From contig CAZRAA010000002.1 in assembly GCA_964597975.1 (NCBI GenBank), positions 12,156 through 68,631 of the forward strand: 56,476 bases of DNA, written 5' to 3'. Below are positions 26,487 to 35,682 of this stretch, piece after piece (the stretch's first letter is position 1; every line of letters starts with the position of its first letter). The notes under the pieces were generated by a model that ran no database searches, was not told the origin of the DNA, and saw only the letters and a list, made by a program, of their open reading frames with translations. Source of the DNA: an uncultured Thermoleophilaceae bacterium. GTDB lineage: Bacteria > Actinomycetota > Thermoleophilia > Solirubrobacterales > JACPNS01. Made by a program: the position numbers and the translations under genes.

Positions 26487-27944
26487 CGAGCGCACGTCGC
26501 GGATCTGTGCGAGTTCGGCGCGGCTGAAGAAGCCGGTCGCGAGCAGCAGTACGGGATAGAAGCCCCACCAGAGGATCCGCTCGATCACGGCGAGTGTTCC
26601 GAACTCGGCGAGCACGTACTCGCCCGAGACCGCAACCACGGCGGCAACCGCGACGATCTGCGTCACGCGCCGCCATTCAACAATCAGGCCGAGCGTCTGG
26701 CGGGCACGCAGATACATAAGCCCGAGCAGCACGAGGTACGCCGCGACCAGCGCGATTCCGGCGCCGACGATGTCGTAGTCGGGGATCAGCAGCAGCCCGA
26801 CGATCACGTTGACGACAAGCCCAGCCGCCGCCACCGGAAACAGCGAGCCGGTCTTGCCCATCCGTGCCACTGCCGAGACGAGCACGAGGTACGCGCCGTA
26901 AAACACAACGCCCGTAGCGACCAGCGGCACGACCTTGTGCGCCTCGTAGAAGCTCGGCTGACTGGTGAGCAGCCGGACGAGCGGTCCCGCCAGCAGCGTA
27001 AGGCCGGTCACCACACCGCCGGTTACGAGCAGGTAGTAGGTCAGCACGCGTCCGTAGACAACCTTCGCCTCGGCGTCCGACTTGATCGAGTAGGCAAGCG
27101 GCGGCCAGGCGAGCTGAAAGGCGCGCACGAAGATCGTCACGCCCTGCGCGAGCTTGTAGGCGATCGAGTAGACACCGGCGGCGGCTAGGCCCGCCGCGCG
27201 CGAGGCCGGGATGTTGATCAGCAAAATGCGGTCGACCCAGTTGAGCGCGTAGAGCGAGATCTCGCCGGGCACCGTCGGCAGCCCGAAGCGCAGCATCGGT
27301 GAGGCCAGCGGGACGCCGGGCTTGGCGATCCGCCCCGCCGAGATGTGCACCACAAAGAGCGTCACGACGATGATCGCGGTGCCGATCGCGTTGCCGAGCA
27401 CGAGTCCCTGTGCTCCCTCCTCGCGTCCGATCACGAGGTAGAGCGTGAGGCCGACCGTGATCACGACGTTGCTGACCGTAGCCAGCGCATAAGCCCCGGC
27501 TTTCTCGTCCACCCGGAAGAGCGCAAGCAGCAGCTCGTAGAAAGTGGAGAACCAGAACCAGACGATCCCGATGCTCACCAGCGTTTGCGCGCCCGGAACA
27601 TCACGCAGAAGCACCGTCGCCAGGACTCCCGAAAACGCAAAGCAGATCGCGACACCCAGCGTTGTCGTGGCGAGCAATCCCCAGAAGGCCGTGCGCGTGA
27701 CCTGACGCGGGTCGTAGTCGTCGGTCAGGTAGTAGAAGCGCAGAAACGCCTCGATCGCGCCCAGGCGAAAGAAGATGCTCAGCACGATCACCGTGGTCGC
27801 GATGATCTCCGCCTGGCCAAAACCCTCCGGCGCGACGTACTTCGTGTAGATCGGCAGCGTGAAGAGCGCGATCAACTTGGCCAGCACGCTCGACGCCGTG
27901 TAGGCCGAGCCGGTCTTGGCCAGGCGCCGCAGGTAGCCGATCAC
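26409..27944 (-). CDS. wzx: Oligosaccharide flippase (Wzx/PST family)
   Basis: 12-14 hydrophobic helices; LPIYTKY...FG, LRFGLP, DRILL, GVYSIAYKL motifs. GTG start overlaps the upstream TGA. Confidence 0.85.
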   Translation of the reverse strand: MIGYLRRLAKTGSAYTASSVLAKLIALFTLPIYTKYVAPEGFGQAEIIATTVIVLSIFFRLGAIEAFLRFYYLTDDYDPRQVTRTAFWGLLATTTLGVAICFAFSGVLATVLLRDVPGAQTLVSIGIVWFWFSTFYELLLALFRVDEKAGAYALATVSNVVITVGLTLYLVIGREEGAQGLVLGNAIGTAIIVVTLFVVHISAGRIAKPGVPLASPMLRFGLPTVPGEISLYALNWVDRILLINIPASRAAGLAAAGVYSIAYKLAQGVTIFVRAFQLAWPPLAYSIKSDAEAKVVYGRVLTYYLLVTGGVVTGLTLLAGPLVRLLTSQPSFYEAHKVVPLVATGVVFYGAYLVLVSAVARMGKTGSLFPVAAAGLVVNVIVGLLLIPDYDIVGAGIALVAAYLVLLGLMYLRARQTLGLIVEWRRVTQIVAVAAVVAVSGEYVLAEFGTLAVIERILWWGFYPVLLLATGFFSRAELAQIRDVRSLLQRARDSKSLGDRPDLMQEVHGPE

Positions 27945-29494
27945 GTCGGCTGCTCCGAGGCTGAGTCGTCTTCTGACACGTCGGAGCCAACGCGCGGGAT
28001 GCCCGCAAGCGAGACGGCGCAACCGAGCAGCACCCAAGTCAGCGGGTCCTCAAGGAAGGCGGCGTAGGCGAGCGTGTGCACGAAGATCGCGGTGAACGCC
28101 GCGGCCACCGCCACGCGCGCAACCAGCCCCGGCCTGCCATGCGGTCCGTCCTCTTGCTTTACGCGTCGGAAGACCGCGCCAAAGCCGGCGTAAAGCAACA
28201 GCAGAAAAGCGGCAAGGCCGACGATTCCCTGCTCAGAGGCCACGGTCAGCGGCGCGGTGTGCGACTTGGTGGTGACCGCGGGGCCGTACGCGGTGTGCTT
28301 GGCGAGGTTGTTGGCGCGGTAGGCACTGGAGAAATCGCCCGAGCCCTGGCCGAAGATCGGCTTCTGCGACCAAAGAGTTGCTCCGCCGGTGACGAGGTCG
28401 AAGCGTCCGCTCGTGGAAGTCTCCGCGCCCTTGCTGCTGGTGAGATCGACACCGGTCACGGACGGGAACGCCAGCGCGAAGATCAACCCTGCGAGCAGGA
28501 CTCCGCCGGTCAGGTAGAGCACCGGACGCGTCTTCCAGCGCAGCGCGGCGAGCACGATCAAGCCTGCGAGCAGCGCCGCGATGCTCGATTGGCTCAGCGA
28601 AAGCACGAGCCCCGCCCAGAGCACTGCCAGCACCCCGGCCGCGCCGAACACGCGTCGGGTCTTCTCGGTGTAGAGCATCACGGCGGTTACGACGAGCATC
28701 ACCATCGCCAGGAAACGGCCGTAGATGTTGGGGTCGAAGAAGAACGACTGCACACGGAAGTAGGGGTCAAAGTCCGAGGGCTGAGCGCCGCCGATCGTGA
28801 TCAGGTAGCGGCCGCGCGCGAACTCGACGAATCCGCCGACCACCAGCACGAGCGCGACCGTCACAAGCGTGGCAACGCAGGCGCGCAGCAGGCGCGCGTC
28901 CCACTTCTGGCGCGCCGCCAGGCCGTAGAGCAGCGCGAACGGTGCGTAGAAGAAGCAGAAGTTCTGCGTGGCCACGTCGATGTCGTTGGCGTAGAGGCTC
29001 TGCAATGCGTAGAGCGCGAGGTAGAGCACGATCGCGACATCGAGCAGCTTCGGAGCGCGAGGCTCGGCGAGGGCGCGCCCGCGCCAGTGATCCCAGGCAC
29101 GGGCAACCACCGCGCCGCCGATTACCAGGTAGAGCGGGAGCAGGAGCTTGATCGAGTCCCCGCCGATCTCAAGTGGAACGCGGAAGGCGAGCGTTGCGAG
29201 CGCCGCCGGCACCACCGCGCGCGGCCAGCGCACGAACACAGCTGCCATCGCCGCCAGCACCGCGGCGCCGCCGAGGATCGCCACGAGGATCAAGGCCGGC
29301 GAGAGTGTCGGCAGGCTTGACGTTTCGTCGCCCACCACCGATCCCGCGAGCACCAGCGGGCTCAGGAGCAGCACGAGCAGAGCGCTGATCCATCGCAGGC
29401 GCTCGGCGGTCGAGAGCAGCCAACCGGCGATCAGCACGGCAAGCAGCACGAGGCCAATCGATTCGACAGCGGGTGCAATCGCGAGCAGCGTCAT
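27941..29494 (-). CDS. O-antigen ligase/polymerase (Wzy_C) family membrane protein
   Basis: RVQSFFFDPN.YG, LSLSQS, SGRF...W..KPIFGQGSGDF, conserved SHT...SEQGIVG; many TM helices. Confidence 0.85.
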   Translation of the reverse strand: MTLLAIAPAVESIGLVLLAVLIAGWLLSTAERLRWISALLVLLLSPLVLAGSVVGDETSSLPTLSPALILVAILGGAAVLAAMAAVFVRWPRAVVPAALATLAFRVPLEIGGDSIKLLLPLYLVIGGAVVARAWDHWRGRALAEPRAPKLLDVAIVLYLALYALQSLYANDIDVATQNFCFFYAPFALLYGLAARQKWDARLLRACVATLVTVALVLVVGGFVEFARGRYLITIGGAQPSDFDPYFRVQSFFFDPNIYGRFLAMVMLVVTAVMLYTEKTRRVFGAAGVLAVLWAGLVLSLSQSSIAALLAGLIVLAALRWKTRPVLYLTGGVLLAGLIFALAFPSVTGVDLTSSKGAETSTSGRFDLVTGGATLWSQKPIFGQGSGDFSSAYRANNLAKHTAYGPAVTTKSHTAPLTVASEQGIVGLAAFLLLLYAGFGAVFRRVKQEDGPHGRPGLVARVAVAAAFTAIFVHTLAYAAFLEDPLTWVLLGCAVSLAGIPRVGSDVSEDDSASEQPT

Positions 29495-31374
29495 CGCGTG
29501 AGCACCTCCACAATCGCAGCGGTCGTCCAGGCGACGTTGGGCTGGTTTCCGGTGGCGAGCTCCGCACTCCAGCCGCGCACGCCGACGCGAATCACTTCGC
29601 CTTCGCCGAGCTTGTAGCCGATCAGCGCCGGAGAGCCGGCTTCGCGGCCGGCCGACGTGAGAATCTGCGCGCCGCGCACAAGCTGGCGAGACTGCTCGAA
29701 ACCGGTGAAGAGGCCGGTCGCTCCGCGCAAAAGGCCGAGTTCGTCCTTGAACGGCACGACCGGCGCCGGAGCCTCGGTGACGAGATTGAAGGACTCGCCG
29801 AAGATGTTGCGCCCGCGCGGATCGGAGGGTCCTGAGAGCTCGCCGGCCCCGAGCGTGGCGGTGCGGCGGAAGGCGTCGAGCGAGAAGAAGGCGACCTTGC
29901 CACCGCGCTGGACGAAACGGCGCAGCTCAGTGCCGAGCGTCGCCGTAATCCAGCGCTCATCTCCGGTGAAGAGCACCGCGTCGTGTCCGCGCAGCGCGGC
30001 GGCTGGGTCTGCCGTCATCGCGGCGTCGGTCGTGGTCTGGGCGGTCAGATCGGACTGCGCGGTCTGGAGATACTCGGTGAGCGCGCCTTCCTCGGCGGCG
30101 AAGGCCGGTGGTCCGGCTGCACGGGCGAGGAAACGATCGAGCGGCACGCGAAGTCGCTTGCCCGGCGGGAGCGACTGGAATGGGTCGGGGAAGCCGTCGC
30201 CGTTGACGTCAACCGGGTTGGTCGCCTGCCAGGCGATCGCCGGCTGCACGATCAGTAGCCGCGCGCGGCCACCCGAGATCGGCAACGGCGTGTGCGCTAC
30301 CCCGGGGTCGCCGGCCACCGGTCTGAGCGCCTTGATGCGCAGATCGAAGAGGCCGCTCTTGGTGCGCGGGATCTCGACCTTGAGCACCGGGCCGCGCGCG
30401 CGTCCTGAGGCGAGCTTCTGGCCGCCGATGCGCTTGATGCTCCAGCTGTAGCCGCCGAGCGGCGGCGCGACGCGGAAGCTCGCCCGGGTGCCGACCACGG
30501 CCGGGCGGGTGGGCGGCGCGATCTGTACGCCGGTCAGGGTGATCCCCGAAGCTCCGCGCGTGCTGCCCTTCTTCGGCGGAGTCGCACTGCTGCTCGAGCC
30601 GACATTGCCTGCGGCGTCGCAGGCGCGAGCGACGATCACATAGCTGCCAACCGGTGCCGGTCGCGCGCGGCCGGTCCGCTTGACGCCTTGGCACTGGCTC
30701 TGCCAGCGGTCGAACGAACCGACGGTCTGTTTCCAGAGGCCGCGGTCGCTGCCGCGGGTGCTGAGGAAGCTCGCGACGGGCTTTGCGGCGGCCCGTTGCC
30801 CGCGCACGCGGTAGACGAGGAACTCGGCGCGCAGGCCAGTGCCGGCGCCGCTGAACGTGACCGGGATCGACTTGCGCGAACGCAGCACGGAAACCGAGTG
30901 ACTTCCCTGCACCTCGGCCGAGATCGCCGGAGGGGCGGTGTCGACGACAAAGAACTGGTCAGGCACGAACGTGCGACCGTTGTTTCGCAGCGTGATGCGC
31001 ACGCGATAGGCGCCGTCGGGGACGGGCTGGCCGCGCTGGCTCTGGCCGTTTGCCCTCACCACCCCACGGAAGCGTCCGTTCCAATAGAAGGTGTGCGGTC
31101 CGACGCTGAGCTTCTCGTCGTCAGCGAGCACGCGAACCGGCGAGCCGGTGCGGTCGACGACCTCGACGGTGACGCGATCGCGCTTCTTGATGCGAAAACG
31201 CACGCGGCCCTTCTCGCGCAGGCCGTCGTCGTTTGGCGAGATGTAGCGCTTGAAGCTGACCGAGTAGACCAGCGGATCGGTGTTCTTGAGCCGCTGGGCC
31301 GCAAAGAACGCAAAGAACGTCGCGAGCACCAGAAGCCCAAAGACAACTCGCGAAATCTGCGTCGCCCGGGTCAC
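29491..31374 (-). CDS. Membrane-anchored exported protein with a FlgD-like Ig domain and a C-terminal DMFase-beta/glutamine-amidotransferase-like domain
   Basis: N-terminal TM; ISPNDDG...F.WNGR...PDGAYRV (FlgD Ig); WQA.N...DGDG and LRRFVQRGGKVAFF in the C-terminal part. Confidence 0.65.
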   Translation of the reverse strand: MTRATQISRVVFGLLVLATFFAFFAAQRLKNTDPLVYSVSFKRYISPNDDGLREKGRVRFRIKKRDRVTVEVVDRTGSPVRVLADDEKLSVGPHTFYWNGRFRGVVRANGQSQRGQPVPDGAYRVRITLRNNGRTFVPDQFFVVDTAPPAISAEVQGSHSVSVLRSRKSIPVTFSGAGTGLRAEFLVYRVRGQRAAAKPVASFLSTRGSDRGLWKQTVGSFDRWQSQCQGVKRTGRARPAPVGSYVIVARACDAAGNVGSSSSATPPKKGSTRGASGITLTGVQIAPPTRPAVVGTRASFRVAPPLGGYSWSIKRIGGQKLASGRARGPVLKVEIPRTKSGLFDLRIKALRPVAGDPGVAHTPLPISGGRARLLIVQPAIAWQATNPVDVNGDGFPDPFQSLPPGKRLRVPLDRFLARAAGPPAFAAEEGALTEYLQTAQSDLTAQTTTDAAMTADPAAALRGHDAVLFTGDERWITATLGTELRRFVQRGGKVAFFSLDAFRRTATLGAGELSGPSDPRGRNIFGESFNLVTEAPAPVVPFKDELGLLRGATGLFTGFEQSRQLVRGAQILTSAGREAGSPALIGYKLGEGEVIRVGVRGWSAELATGNQPNVAWTTAAIVEVLTR

Positions 31375-31401
31375 GCGGGAGAGGCTAACGGCGCTGGGGC
31401 G

Positions 31402-32616
31402 CTACTGCTGAAAATCTGCTCCAAGCACAACAATCACCGGCACTGATCCGCCCTGGGCGAGGATCTCGTTGGTTGCCGGTTTGATGTCTTTGACTGCCAG
31501 CTCTTTTGCCACCTCTTCGGCCTCGGCTTTGCTGCCTGGCGCGTAGTAGACCACCGTTGTCGCCTGGTTGTCCGGCACGTTGCCGGTGGTGGTGTCGGTG
31601 AAGCCGGCCTTGTTCAGACCATCTGAGGCGGCGCGTGCAAGGCCCTGGGTGTCGGTGCCGTTGAGCACGGAGACCGTGACCGCGGCGCGATTGATGCGCT
31701 GGCTGCGGTCGGCCGTGTTTTGCGAAGGCCGGTTGGCGGCGCTTCCGCCGGTGCCGCTCTTGCCTGTCTCGTCGCCACCACCGAGCAGTTGCGTGGCGAT
31801 CAAGATCACGGCGAAGACGGCCACCAGCACGCCGGCCACGGCGAACGGCACGCGGCTGCGGTGGTCTGACGGCGGGTCGACGGCCTCGAAATGGCCCGAT
31901 CCAGTTGAGCCCGTGGAGAGGTAGTAGTCCGGGATCGGCGGGGAACTCGGCGTGCGCACGGCCGTGAATTCGGAAGTGTCGAGCGGGGGCAGCGGCGGGA
32001 GCGGGCCGGCGGCGCGGGCGGCGGCCGGTGTTGACGGTGTCAGGCGGCTTTGCTCGTCGGACGATTCTTCAGGCTCGTCTGCCTCGTCATTCGGCGCGGG
32101 CTGCGCGACCGTCGCGTCGCCTGCTGCGGCCTCCGCGGCGACCTCGTACTCGGGCGATTCCGAGTCAGACTCCTCGCCTGGCTGCTCGTCGCCTGGGGCA
32201 GCTTCGACGCCGCCGAATTCTTCCGAGACGACGTCATGCGCCTGCGTCTCCTGCGAAACCGGCGGTGCGTCTTCCTCGGGCGATTCGCTGCCGACCACCG
32301 CTTCGGGCGGCGGCACCGTCGCCGGAGGCGGCGTGACCGCGACTCCGGCATCCGCCGCGATTTCGGCGGCGGCATCGGCCTCGCCCTGGCGGTATGCCAT
32401 CGACTCATAGGCCTGGGCGATCGCCTGACTTGCAATCTGCTGGGCGCGCAGCTCCACCTCGGCGGCGCGCTCGGGCTCGCGTCCGGCCCACTCGCGCAGG
32501 CGGCGCACGTCGCGCGCCTGGCTGAAATAGAGCATCGCCAGCACGGCAAGGCCGATGATCCCGGCAAAGCCGGCGATCGCGCCGAAGTTCAGAAGTATGT
32601 CTTTGAGTTCGCCCAA
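31402..32616 (-). CDS. LytR C-terminal (LytR_C) domain protein with two TM helices and an acidic disordered linker
   Basis: VTVSVLNGTDTQGLA...GF...GN...T.VYY.PG...VIVVLGAD at the C-terminus; no LCP catalytic domain. Confidence 0.8.
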   Translation of the reverse strand: MGELKDILLNFGAIAGFAGIIGLAVLAMLYFSQARDVRRLREWAGREPERAAEVELRAQQIASQAIAQAYESMAYRQGEADAAAEIAADAGVAVTPPPATVPPPEAVVGSESPEEDAPPVSQETQAHDVVSEEFGGVEAAPGDEQPGEESDSESPEYEVAAEAAAGDATVAQPAPNDEADEPEESSDEQSRLTPSTPAAARAAGPLPPLPPLDTSEFTAVRTPSSPPIPDYYLSTGSTGSGHFEAVDPPSDHRSRVPFAVAGVLVAVFAVILIATQLLGGGDETGKSGTGGSAANRPSQNTADRSQRINRAAVTVSVLNGTDTQGLARAASDGLNKAGFTDTTTGNVPDNQATTVVYYAPGSKAEAEEVAKELAVKDIKPATNEILAQGGSVPVIVVLGADFQQ

Positions 32617-32668
32617 ATCGGAGAGACCGTGGGCGTTTCAAGCCAGCCCACAGGGGAATCCGAGCAGT

Positions 32669-34585
32669 CTAGGCGTCCGGCAACGCGGATTCCGCCGTCA
32701 ATCCCGCCGCGGCCTGCACCAGCTCGGCCAGCGCCTGCGGCTTGCCGTTCATCATCAGTCGCTCGACCTCGTCAAAGATCTCATCGACGCGCGCGGGATC
32801 CATGTTCTCGCGCTCGGCGCGCACAATCTTCTCGGCCGGGGTGGCCTGCGGGCGCTCGTCCGGATTGAACAGATCCTCGTGCAGCTTCTCGCCAGGCGAC
32901 GGCGCGGTGACGACGATCGGAATGTCGACGTCTGGCTCGAGACCGGCCAGACGAATCATGTTGCGCGCCAGGTCGACGATCTTCACCGGCTCGCCCATCT
33001 CCAAGACAAACACTTCGCCCCCGCGCCCCAGATCGCCGGCGCGGATGATCAGCTGCACGGCCTCCGGGATCGTCATGAAGTAGCGCGACATCTCCGGGTG
33101 GGTCACAGTGACCGGGCCGCCGCCCGTGATCTGACGGCGGAAGATCGGCACGACGCTGCCGCTCGAACCGAGCACGTTGCCGAATCGCACCGAGCAATAG
33201 GTGGTGTCTTCGTGACGCGCCTGCGCCGATTCGATCGCCCACTCGGCGAGCGCCTTGCTCGCGCCCATCGTGGTCTTGGGCTTGACGGCTTTGTCGGTCG
33301 AGACGAGCACGAAGCGGCGCACGCCGTGCTGACCGGCGAGCTCCGCGACTGTGCGCGTGGCGATCGCGTTGTTCCTGATCGCCTCGGTTGGGTTTTCTTG
33401 AACGAGCTGGACGTGCTTGTAGGCGGCGGCGTGGAAGACGATCTCGGGTTTGAACTGTTCGAAGATCTCCTGCATGCGCGGGAGCTCCTTGCAGTCACCA
33501 AGCACCGCTTCAACGCTTCCGAAGTGACGGTCCTCTTCTAGCTCACGGCGGATGTTGAAGAGGTTGTCTTCGGCGTGATCGACGAGGATGATCTTTCGCG
33601 GCCTGACGCGCGCGATCTGGCGGCAGAGCTCCGAGCCGATCGAGCCGCCGGCGCCGGTCACCATCACGACGCCCCCGGCGAGATACGCGCCAACGCGGTC
33701 GAGCTGCATGATCACGGGGTCGCGGCCGAGAATGTCCTCGACCTGCACTTCGCGGAGCTGCTTGACGAGGTCGACGTCGCCGCGCAGCAATTCGAAGACG
33801 GTCGGCAGCGTGCGCACCGGGATGTTGCGCTCACGGCAGGAGGAGACGACCTGCTCGCGCAGCGTTCCCGGCGCGGACGGGATCGCGATGATCACTTCGT
33901 CGGGTTCCGTGTCCTCAAGGATCTTCGGCAGATCGCGGGTGCGTCCGAGGACTTTGAGGCCGAGCATGCGCGAGCCGCCCTTGCGCGGGTCGTCGTCGAC
34001 AAATCCGATCGGGGCTTCGCCAAGCTCAGGGTTCTTGAGCATCTCGCGCGCGACCATCTGACCGCCGTCGCCGGCGCCGATGATCAGGATCTCGCGGCCC
34101 TTGGGCAGGCGGTATCCGCGCGTGGGCTTCTCGACGATCGCGCGCACGGCAAAGCGCGAGCCGGCAACGAGCAGCAGCGTGAGCAGGAAGTCGAATGCGG
34201 CGACCGAGCGCGGGAGCGTGAGGCCATTGGGCTGCACGATGTAGATGCCGCCGATCAGCAACAGGCTCGAGAGCACGACCGCCTGGACGATGCGCGAGAA
34301 GTCATGTGAGTCGGTGTAGCGCCACCACTTCTGGTAGCTGCCAAAGAGCGCGAAGACGGCGACTTTGCCGATCACGGCGAACGGCAAGACGGTCCAGAAG
34401 AGATCCTCGTAGCGGGTCGGGATCCCGCCGATCGCGTCGTAGCGCGCGGGGATCGAGCTGTTGAAGACGAGCCAGAACGCGCCGTAGAAGGCGATCGAAA
34501 CAAGGACGGCGTCGGTCAGGACCTGCTGCGTACGGTGAAGCATCACCGAACGCCGCATCCTGCGGGTCAGGCTGCTGGCGGGCAT
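32669..34585 (-). CDS. Nucleoside-diphosphate sugar 4,6-dehydratase, PglF/CapD family
   Basis: N-terminal TMs; IGAGDGG, TGAGGSIGSELCRQI, FHAAAYKHV, STDKAV, VRFGNVLGSSGSV, RYFMTIPEA motifs. ATG 34585 lies 7 nt after TAGACT. Confidence 0.93.
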   Translation of the reverse strand: MPASSLTRRMRRSVMLHRTQQVLTDAVLVSIAFYGAFWLVFNSSIPARYDAIGGIPTRYEDLFWTVLPFAVIGKVAVFALFGSYQKWWRYTDSHDFSRIVQAVVLSSLLLIGGIYIVQPNGLTLPRSVAAFDFLLTLLLVAGSRFAVRAIVEKPTRGYRLPKGREILIIGAGDGGQMVAREMLKNPELGEAPIGFVDDDPRKGGSRMLGLKVLGRTRDLPKILEDTEPDEVIIAIPSAPGTLREQVVSSCRERNIPVRTLPTVFELLRGDVDLVKQLREVQVEDILGRDPVIMQLDRVGAYLAGGVVMVTGAGGSIGSELCRQIARVRPRKIILVDHAEDNLFNIRRELEEDRHFGSVEAVLGDCKELPRMQEIFEQFKPEIVFHAAAYKHVQLVQENPTEAIRNNAIATRTVAELAGQHGVRRFVLVSTDKAVKPKTTMGASKALAEWAIESAQARHEDTTYCSVRFGNVLGSSGSVVPIFRRQITGGGPVTVTHPEMSRYFMTIPEAVQLIIRAGDLGRGGEVFVLEMGEPVKIVDLARNMIRLAGLEPDVDIPIVVTAPSPGEKLHEDLFNPDERPQATPAEKIVRAERENMDPARVDEIFDEVERLMMNGKPQALAELVQAAAGLTAESALPDA

Positions 34586-34647
34586 GGGGATGAGTCTAAA
34601 GGCGAGCGCGCGGATCTGCCCAAACCCGCACCATCCCATGCGCGGTA

Positions 34648-34669
34648 CTACAAAGATGCATCTTTGTAG
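34648..34669. repeat. Perfect 22-bp AT-rich palindrome CTACAAAGATGCATCTTTGTAG
   Basis: Self-complementary; overlaps the DUF354 stop codon and lies ~50 bp upstream of the dehydratase -10 box. Confidence 0.85.
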
Positions 34670-35670
34670 GTTGCGCCGAGGGCTAGGTTGGCTAGTAGGT
34701 GGGGGTCGCGGCGGATTCGGTCGGTTCCGGGGGCGCCGCGTTTTTCGATCTTTAGGGCGTCTAGGTCTTCGAGGCGGTTGAGGCGGCCTTCTGAGAGGAG
34801 CTGCTCATCCACCGCGCCGATCCGTCCGGCGAAGGTTGTCCAGACCGGCGTCCCCAGGGCCACGGCCTCGCGGTTCATCGTGCCGCCGGCGCCGATCACC
34901 GCGTCGACCAGCGCCACGAGCGAGGGCCCGTCGATCACTCCGCCGGGAATCACGATGTTCGCGTGGGCGAGCTTTGTCAGCTCGGCTCGCTGCTCGGGCG
35001 TCCGCGGCAGCGCCACCACCTGCGCGTCCGGGTCGGCGGCCAGCCGCTCGATCAGCTTGGGGAAAAGCTCGTTCTCGTGGCGGTGGTAGAGCGAGACGTC
35101 GGGCGGTGTGCGCAGCAGCACGAGCTTCTTCGCGCGATCGAGCCCCAACTGGTCGAGCACCCTCTCGTCGGGTTCGAAGTCCGCGAGGTAGTACTCCTCT
35201 TTGAGCCCCGGATACTGAAACACCTTGCCGTGCGCGCCGTACTGATCCAAGACTGCTGGATCGATCGCGTCGGGCACGATCGTCCGCGCCGCCCAGCGGC
35301 AGTTGATCGAGTGCTGCTCGCGCGCCCACTCGTAATCGAACATCGTCACCGAAGGGATCCCGCGCAGCTTCGCCGCGATCGTGATGTCGTTGGAGCCGTG
35401 GCCGATCGCAAGGTCGAAGTCGCGCCCGCGCGACCAGCGCCAGAGCGCAAAGGATCGACTCACCAGCCCCAGTCCCTTGGCCAGCTTCTTCTCGCCGCGA
35501 TGCCGACCGATCGCCGTGTGCGGCATCTCGTATTGATCAAGCAACGCCAGCGTCTGGGCGAAGTCGCGCGCCGTCACCTCGACCTCATGGCCGTCCGCTC
35601 GCAGCACGTCGATCACCGGCCGCAGCACCAAGACGTGCGGGCTGTTGGTGAGGTCAACCCAGATCTTCAA
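34648..35670 (-). CDS. DUF354 family protein (GT-B-like, putative glycosyltransferase/epimerase)
   Basis: MKIWVDLTNSPHV...VTARD...GLKEEYYL..F.PD...GAGGTMNREAVALGTP. Confidence 0.85.
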   Translation of the reverse strand: MKIWVDLTNSPHVLVLRPVIDVLRADGHEVEVTARDFAQTLALLDQYEMPHTAIGRHRGEKKLAKGLGLVSRSFALWRWSRGRDFDLAIGHGSNDITIAAKLRGIPSVTMFDYEWAREQHSINCRWAARTIVPDAIDPAVLDQYGAHGKVFQYPGLKEEYYLADFEPDERVLDQLGLDRAKKLVLLRTPPDVSLYHRHENELFPKLIERLAADPDAQVVALPRTPEQRAELTKLAHANIVIPGGVIDGPSLVALVDAVIGAGGTMNREAVALGTPVWTTFAGRIGAVDEQLLSEGRLNRLEDLDALKIEKRGAPGTDRIRRDPHLLANLALGATYKDASL

Positions 35671-35682
35671 CGCGCACAGCCC

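Noticed and set aside
32654..32693. GGAATCCG...CGGATTCC inverted repeat and a third GGGGAATC copy near the pglF stop
   Set aside because: Long loop, partly coding, no GAAT at the right spacing and no + strand gene downstream.
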